The notes under the pieces: generated by a model
What the model was told of the DNA's origin: nothing
The model's input: the letters and a program-made list of their open reading frames with translations, nothing else
Databases searched by the model: none
Position numbers and translations under genes: made by a program
In this document: piece by piece, positions 59,854-64,000 of the stretch
Layout of the letters: each line of letters starts with the position of its first letter
Position numbering within the stretch: the stretch's first letter is position 1
From: Christensenellales bacterium
Lineage (GTDB): Bacteria; Bacillota; Clostridia; Christensenellales; UBA3700
Assembly: GCA_051883415.1 (NCBI GenBank)
Contig: JBJETR010000072.1
Coordinates: forward strand, 118,217-182,216
Length of the DNA stretch: 64,000 bases
Reading direction: 5' to 3'

Positions 59854-60312
59854 CTATTTAATAACGTCTCCGATATCGCCCGAGCCGGTACCCAACGTCG
59901 ACAGAGCTTGACCATATTGCATAAACGCTTCGTGTGCAGAGTGTATCATGTAATCAAAAACGTCCTCACTTATTAGGCTACCCGGATAGCAATTAGTCAT
60001 TCTAAAGAAGACGTTGCCTTTGTTGTCGTCATAGTCAAAATGTCCGTCGAATATTTCGGAGTTGACCAACGCCAAACCCATTGCCATTTCCATAGACAAT
60101 TCTTCATGGACGACAAACGATAACGGCATTATCAATTCAAAATAATGATTTTGGGCGTTTACGTGCATAATCAACTTTATAGAAGTATTATCAAAACAAT
60201 AGTCAAAAAATACAGCCATACGGTCGGTATTTTTGTTATATTCTACGTTTGATTTGTCCAAAAAGCTGCACAATTGCTCATACATTTTCATTGCCAATTG
60301 TTCGTCAGTCAT
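59854..60312 (-). CDS. YbjN-like protein (type III secretion chaperone-like fold), paralogue 2
   Basis: 152 aa. RBS GGAGGAAAGAG. Overlaps the upstream gene by 8 nt (ATGACTGA). Layout resembles YbjN: an N-terminal helix, strands (MAVFFDYCF, IKLIMHV, YFELIMPL), the central motif NSEIFDGHFDYDDNKGNVFFR, and a C-terminal helix. Confidence 0.6.
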   Translation of the reverse strand: MTDEQLAMKMYEQLCSFLDKSNVEYNKNTDRMAVFFDYCFDNTSIKLIMHVNAQNHYFELIMPLSFVVHEELSMEMAMGLALVNSEIFDGHFDYDDNKGNVFFRMTNCYPGSLISEDVFDYMIHSAHEAFMQYGQALSTLGTGSGDIGDVIK

Positions 60313-60802
60313 CTCTTTCCTCCGGATTGTTTATCCAATTCATCAATTCTTCTAACGACGTTTTGCCTTCGGCTATCGAACTAAGCTTTCCGCCATATTT
60401 ATCCACCACAGAACAAGATAAAAAAATCAAATACTTTATGGCAGACTCACTCAACACGCTTTCTCGATAGCTCGTCGTCGCTCTATATAACATCTTTTTT
60501 CTCAACATGTTCAACTCAAAATTGCCGTATATCAAAAATTTGTTGATTGCACACGTCGCAATACACGTGTCCGGCAATTTTTCTTTAGGCACGTCAAAAG
60601 GTAGGTAACTGTATACCGAAACTATCATTTGCTTTAGCTCAAGCACAATACAAATAGTCATGGGAAAATTTTTGCCTGCGACACAACAATACGCTGTATA
60701 CTTGTCATCGTCCGTATCAAAAACCCACTGCATTCCGTTTAGAGCATCGCGGACGGTTTTCCACGTCCTTATTGCCTGATTCTTTTGATTATCCGACATC
60801 AT
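60305..60802 (-). CDS. YbjN-like protein (type III secretion chaperone-like fold), paralogue 1
   Basis: About 165 aa. The ATG at 60802 follows GAGAGAGGGAGAACA, 21 nt after the AAA+ stop. Same layout as paralogue 2 (WVFDTDDDKYTAYCCV, MTICIVL, IVSVYSYLPF, NKFLIYGNFELNMLRKKMLYR). Confidence 0.6.
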   Translation of the reverse strand: MMSDNQKNQAIRTWKTVRDALNGMQWVFDTDDDKYTAYCCVAGKNFPMTICIVLELKQMIVSVYSYLPFDVPKEKLPDTCIATCAINKFLIYGNFELNMLRKKMLYRATTSYRESVLSESAIKYLIFLSCSVVDKYGGKLSSIAEGKTSLEELMNWINNPEERDD

Positions 60803-60823
60803 TGTTCTCCCTCTCTCAACCAA

Positions 60824-62851
60824 TCAAAATCCTATCTTCTTATCAGATACGTCGTATCTAAATTCCTTATCGTTGCAAGCGCTCAAAAAGTCCTCTTTTT
60901 TAAGACACACTTTCTTACACTTAGCTAGTTGGCTACGCATAGCCGCTTTTGCCCACGTCCTTTCAAACAAGTTACGCACAAATCGTGCATTGCTAAATTC
61001 CTTGGTGCTAAGCATTTTGTCAGGAATAGCCAAGAAGTACTCCTTGGCGCAATCCAACAAATCTTCGCTATAGCTAAACTTGCCGCGGAGCATATCGCAA
61101 AAGATATCATACAACTGCTCTCTGCTAAAGTTAGGGAACTCGATTACGTATGGCATTCTGCTAGCTAGTCCCGCATTGCCTTTCATCAATTTTTCCATAT
61201 CGTCGGTATATCCAGCCATAATTAGGACCATTTCCGAACGATGATTTTCCATCTCGGCAATCAAGGTGTCCAACGCCTCTCTACCGAAGTCCCTGTCGTT
61301 ATCATCGCCTCTGAACAATGAGTATGCCTCGTCGATAAACAATACCGAGCCGTAAGCGTCACGACACATACTTGCAGTCTTTGGCGCCGTTTCTCCTATG
61401 TATCTTCCGCAAAAATCTCTGCCTTGATATTCATAAAAATTGCCTATCTTCAAGACGCCCTTTTCCTTGAGGATTTTGCCCAAAATTCTTGCGAAAGTCG
61501 TCTTTCCGGTACCGGGATTGCCGACAAACCTCATGTGTATACAAGGAGCCGACAACGTGTTTTCTTTTCTTAGCAGTTCTATCTGCGCAATAATCTCCTC
61601 GAACTTCCTCTTAACCTCTTCTCCGCCCACCAACTTGCCTAGCATTTCGTAGCCGGACATACCTTCATCGTCTAGGTGATGGCATATACCTTTAGCTTGA
61701 TTTTTGCCGATAACGCTGTTTGGCTTTTTTGAATTGGCGTTGTGCAGACGTTTTTTGTATATCAATTCCATAGCGACTTTTTTGATAGTATTGACACCAT
61801 AGAATTTGCCGTCGCTCTTTTCTTCTACTATGCGTTGCTGGAACATTTTCCAAGCATCAGGCGTAAGTACAAAATTTTGTTCCTCAAAAATCTTATTGGC
61901 ACAAGCTTTGATCTCATCGTCGTTGAAAGGAACGAATGCAACACTTCTGACGAACATTATGTCGTTGATAGCGTCTTTGATTTTTTTGAGCACCTCGCTG
62001 TCCACAAACGGAACGCGAAAAATAACGATATACTTGCCTATCAACTTTTCTAAACAACGCAATAGACTCTTAAAAGTAGCGTCATTGAGGTTATCCAACC
62101 ATTCTCGTATATCTATACACAAGATTTTTATCTTGTCTTCGCCACTCGCCACAGCGTTATTCAAGTCCTTGATCAACTCTGCGACCTTAATTTTGTTGCT
62201 CGGATTAGGCATAGCAATTTCTAACACCGGCTTTTTAGAATTTATCTCAACGATATCGGTAGACTTTATTACTTTAGCCAATATTCTTAGATAGGTCGAC
62301 AAGCCGTAGCCGTCGTTGATAGCAAACAGGTAGCTTTGATACAAAAAAGGCATATTGTTTTTGCCTCCACGTATTTGCGGAGCAATTTTGACAATTTCGT
62401 CAATGAGCTTCTTAAAATCTTCTCCTCCCACCATATCGTCAAGGTCAGTTTGTATGCAGTCAACGCTATTTGTTGTGTTGTCGCCATTTCCGAATAGCCT
62501 TACCATAATTCTTTCAACGCCGGATTCGATAATTCTATTTTCTTCTTCCGTAATCGATGTATCACTGTCCTGCTCGGGCTCATCGGTCTTAACCAAGGTT
62601 AAATCCAATTTACAGTCATCATCGTCTTTGTATTTTTCACGGAGTATTGCGTGGACGGTAATCAAAATATTCTTACCTATTATTGCATCGTCGACGTCAA
62701 AGGTAATAGAGGTCGTGTCGGCTTCTATCACTTTAATTTCTTCTTTTAATATTTTTTCCAAATATTCTCGCACAACGACAATTGGCAATTTTTCGTCGTC
62801 TTTATGCTTCAGACACCATTCGTATTCCAACTCTAACGTAAATCTTTTCAT
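60824..62851 (-). CDS. AAA+ ATPase of the CbbX/SpoVK/EccA type, with an upstream degenerate AAA-like module and a novel N-terminal domain
   Basis: 675 aa. Walker A GNPGTGKT is encoded at 61499..61522 and Walker B VLFIDEAYSL near 61321..61350. CbbX/SpoVK-type motifs MAGYTD, LASRMPYVIEFPNF and FSNARFVRNLFE are present. An earlier module has FAINDGYGLST (62281..62340 region) in place of the P-loop. Confidence 0.85.
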   Translation of the reverse strand: MKRFTLELEYEWCLKHKDDEKLPIVVVREYLEKILKEEIKVIEADTTSITFDVDDAIIGKNILITVHAILREKYKDDDDCKLDLTLVKTDEPEQDSDTSITEEENRIIESGVERIMVRLFGNGDNTTNSVDCIQTDLDDMVGGEDFKKLIDEIVKIAPQIRGGKNNMPFLYQSYLFAINDGYGLSTYLRILAKVIKSTDIVEINSKKPVLEIAMPNPSNKIKVAELIKDLNNAVASGEDKIKILCIDIREWLDNLNDATFKSLLRCLEKLIGKYIVIFRVPFVDSEVLKKIKDAINDIMFVRSVAFVPFNDDEIKACANKIFEEQNFVLTPDAWKMFQQRIVEEKSDGKFYGVNTIKKVAMELIYKKRLHNANSKKPNSVIGKNQAKGICHHLDDEGMSGYEMLGKLVGGEEVKRKFEEIIAQIELLRKENTLSAPCIHMRFVGNPGTGKTTFARILGKILKEKGVLKIGNFYEYQGRDFCGRYIGETAPKTASMCRDAYGSVLFIDEAYSLFRGDDNDRDFGREALDTLIAEMENHRSEMVLIMAGYTDDMEKLMKGNAGLASRMPYVIEFPNFSREQLYDIFCDMLRGKFSYSEDLLDCAKEYFLAIPDKMLSTKEFSNARFVRNLFERTWAKAAMRSQLAKCKKVCLKKEDFLSACNDKEFRYDVSDKKIGF

Positions 62852-62940
62852 TTTTCCCTCGTGATTAGTTGATAAAAATATAAACCGTTATTATACATAC
62901 CAATTATATATTTTTTTTGACAAAAAAGCAATACGCTTGG

Positions 62941-62978
62941 CAAAAATATTCAGCCATACCTCATTGGTATGGCTGAAT
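62941..62978 (-). terminator. Strong rho-independent terminator after dpaB
   Basis: ATTCAGCCATACC (62948..62960), loop TCATT, GGTATGGCTGAAT (62966..62978). The A-run at 62942..62946 gives the U-tract on the minus strand. Confidence 0.9.
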
Positions 62979-62979
62979 A

Positions 62980-63564
62980 TCATCTGGCAACGATAATGGG
63001 CTGGATTTGCTCGCCGTCTAGTGCCTTTTCTAGCGTTGACACGACTTTTTCGAAGTCCGCCACCAACGACCTTGCCTTTTTGATTGGATCGTCCTGCCCG
63101 AACGGCACGAAGTACACGTTGCGATAATTAAGCAATTTACCTATGTTCTTTGCACTCCCGCTCAATCCGTCGTTGGTAGACACCGCAATCACGAGCGGTC
63201 TATTGTTGCGCAAATGTGCCTTACACGCCATAGTTACGGTGCCGTCGGTCATAGAATTTGCCAGCTTGGCAAGAGTATTGCCAGTGCACGGAGCAACCAA
63301 CAATACGTCGAACATTCTCTTTGGTCCGATAGGCTCTGCACCCACTATATCGATTATTGGGCTCTTTCCCGTCAGTTCCACCACCCTATTCCAAAAGTCG
63401 GTGGCAAGGAAAAATCTCGTGTCTGTGCTTGCCACCTTTTCCGAAAAAATCGGTGTTACGTCACAACCCATATCTACTAATTGCCGTATCATATTCAAAC
63501 AACGTGACAAGGTGCAAAACGAACCCGTTATTGCCACGCCGATTTTCTTACCCGTCAGGTCCAT
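62980..63564 (-). CDS. dpaB: Dipicolinate synthase subunit B (SpoVFB, flavoprotein)
   Basis: 194 aa. N-terminal GKKIGVAITGSFCT and PCTGNTLAKLANS motifs typical of DpaB. Confidence 0.9.
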   Translation of the reverse strand: MDLTGKKIGVAITGSFCTLSRCLNMIRQLVDMGCDVTPIFSEKVASTDTRFFLATDFWNRVVELTGKSPIIDIVGAEPIGPKRMFDVLLVAPCTGNTLAKLANSMTDGTVTMACKAHLRNNRPLVIAVSTNDGLSGSAKNIGKLLNYRNVYFVPFGQDDPIKKARSLVADFEKVVSTLEKALDGEQIQPIIVAR

Positions 63565-63576
63565 AATCTCTCCTTG

Positions 63577-64000
63577 TCAGGGTGAATAGGACAGCACTGC
63601 GTCGCACAAAAGCCTGGCGGCAGATTGCGGACAAGTCTTTGACGGCACCGAAGAGGCTATCAAATAATTGACGCCCGCCTTCGCCCACTCGTCGTAGTCA
63701 AAGGGATAGACCTTGCTGGCAAGTTCCAATACGAAGACTCCCTTTTTGACAGGCGGATTGACCTCAAAAAGTCTACTTGGAGCGGTATTGATTATGCAGT
63801 CGAATTGCGTATAATCGCACTCTTTCCAAGATACGTGCCTATATCCTACGACGGTTGGATTTTTGTCCTCTCTCGAGCAAGTTATCACTATGATTTTGCT
63901 ACCAAACTTTTGCAATACTTCCGCCATGGCTTTGGCAAGTTTTCCCCACCCGATCACTCCAAACGTCATATCTCTTAGGCACTTATCCGTGTTGTCGATT
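63577..64000 (-). CDS. dpaA: Dipicolinate synthase subunit A (SpoVFA), C-terminal part; N-terminus lies beyond the window end
   Basis: The frame stays open upstream of the track's ATG (63969) to the window edge; I read ..IDNTDKCLRDMTFGVIGWG with no stop. It has a Rossmann-like GVIGWGKLAKAMA motif and the DpaA-like tail LIASSVPSKTCPQSAARLL. dpaB follows 12 nt downstream. Confidence 0.75.
   Translation of the reverse strand, partial: IDNTDKCLRDMTFGVIGWGKLAKAMAEVLQKFGSKIIVITCSREDKNPTVVGYRHVSWKECDYTQFDCIINTAPSRLFEVNPPVKKGVFVLELASKVYPFDYDEWAKAGVNYLIASSVPSKTCPQSAARLLCDAVLSYSP

Noticed and set aside
62852-62940. Sporulation sigma-factor (SigE/SigK/SigG) promoter upstream of the AAA+ cassette
   Set aside because: I could read only sigma-A-like hexamers (TTGCTT-17-TATAAT and TGTATAAT). 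No CATA...TA (SigK), CATACA-T (SigE) or CATACTA (SigG) element stands out. Sporulation control therefore remains a hypothesis based only on adjacency to dpaAB.

Overview
This 64 kb window looks like chromosomal DNA from a strictly anaerobic, endospore-forming member of the Bacillota, probably class Clostridia. That call rests on gene content: electron-bifurcating HydABC-type [FeFe]-hydrogenase, class III RNR, desulfoferrodoxin, rubrerythrin, flavodiiron protein, and the sporulation genes dpaA/dpaB and yyaC. I call 56 protein-coding genes, about four fifths on the minus strand. Two of them run off the window edges and are missing from the supplied ORF track: hydA at 1..1153 and dpaA at 63577..64000. 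Most long plus-strand ORFs in the track are antisense shadows of minus-strand genes. I found no rRNA, tRNA, CRISPR array, transposase, integrase or phage genes. Housekeeping blocks include upp-uraA, metG-tatD-rSAM-rsmA, split transketolase, nrdG/nrdD/trxB, ftsH, gyrB-gyrA and ung. Regulatory elements readable by eye are a czcD/NiCo-type riboswitch ahead of a CDF exporter, tandem NrdR boxes on the nrdD promoter, a Rex-like box ahead of the hydrogenase operon, a perfect PerR/Fur-type 7-1-7 palindrome between gyrB and rubrerythrin, several consensus sigma-A promoters, and many rho-independent terminators. The best candidate for an undescribed system is a low-GC, terminator-bounded three-gene cassette at 59854..62851. 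It encodes a tandem (degenerate plus active) CbbX/SpoVK/EccA-type AAA+ ATPase, translationally coupled to two paralogous YbjN-like proteins (type III secretion chaperone fold). Other leads are an HxxxD acyltransferase with a zinc-ribbon membrane partner, an NrdD-thioredoxin-fold fusion next to trxB, an fprA/alkD-like/hypoxanthine-DNA-glycosylase operon, and two unusual acidic-linker membrane proteins. All functional calls come from motif recognition by eye; no database search was run.
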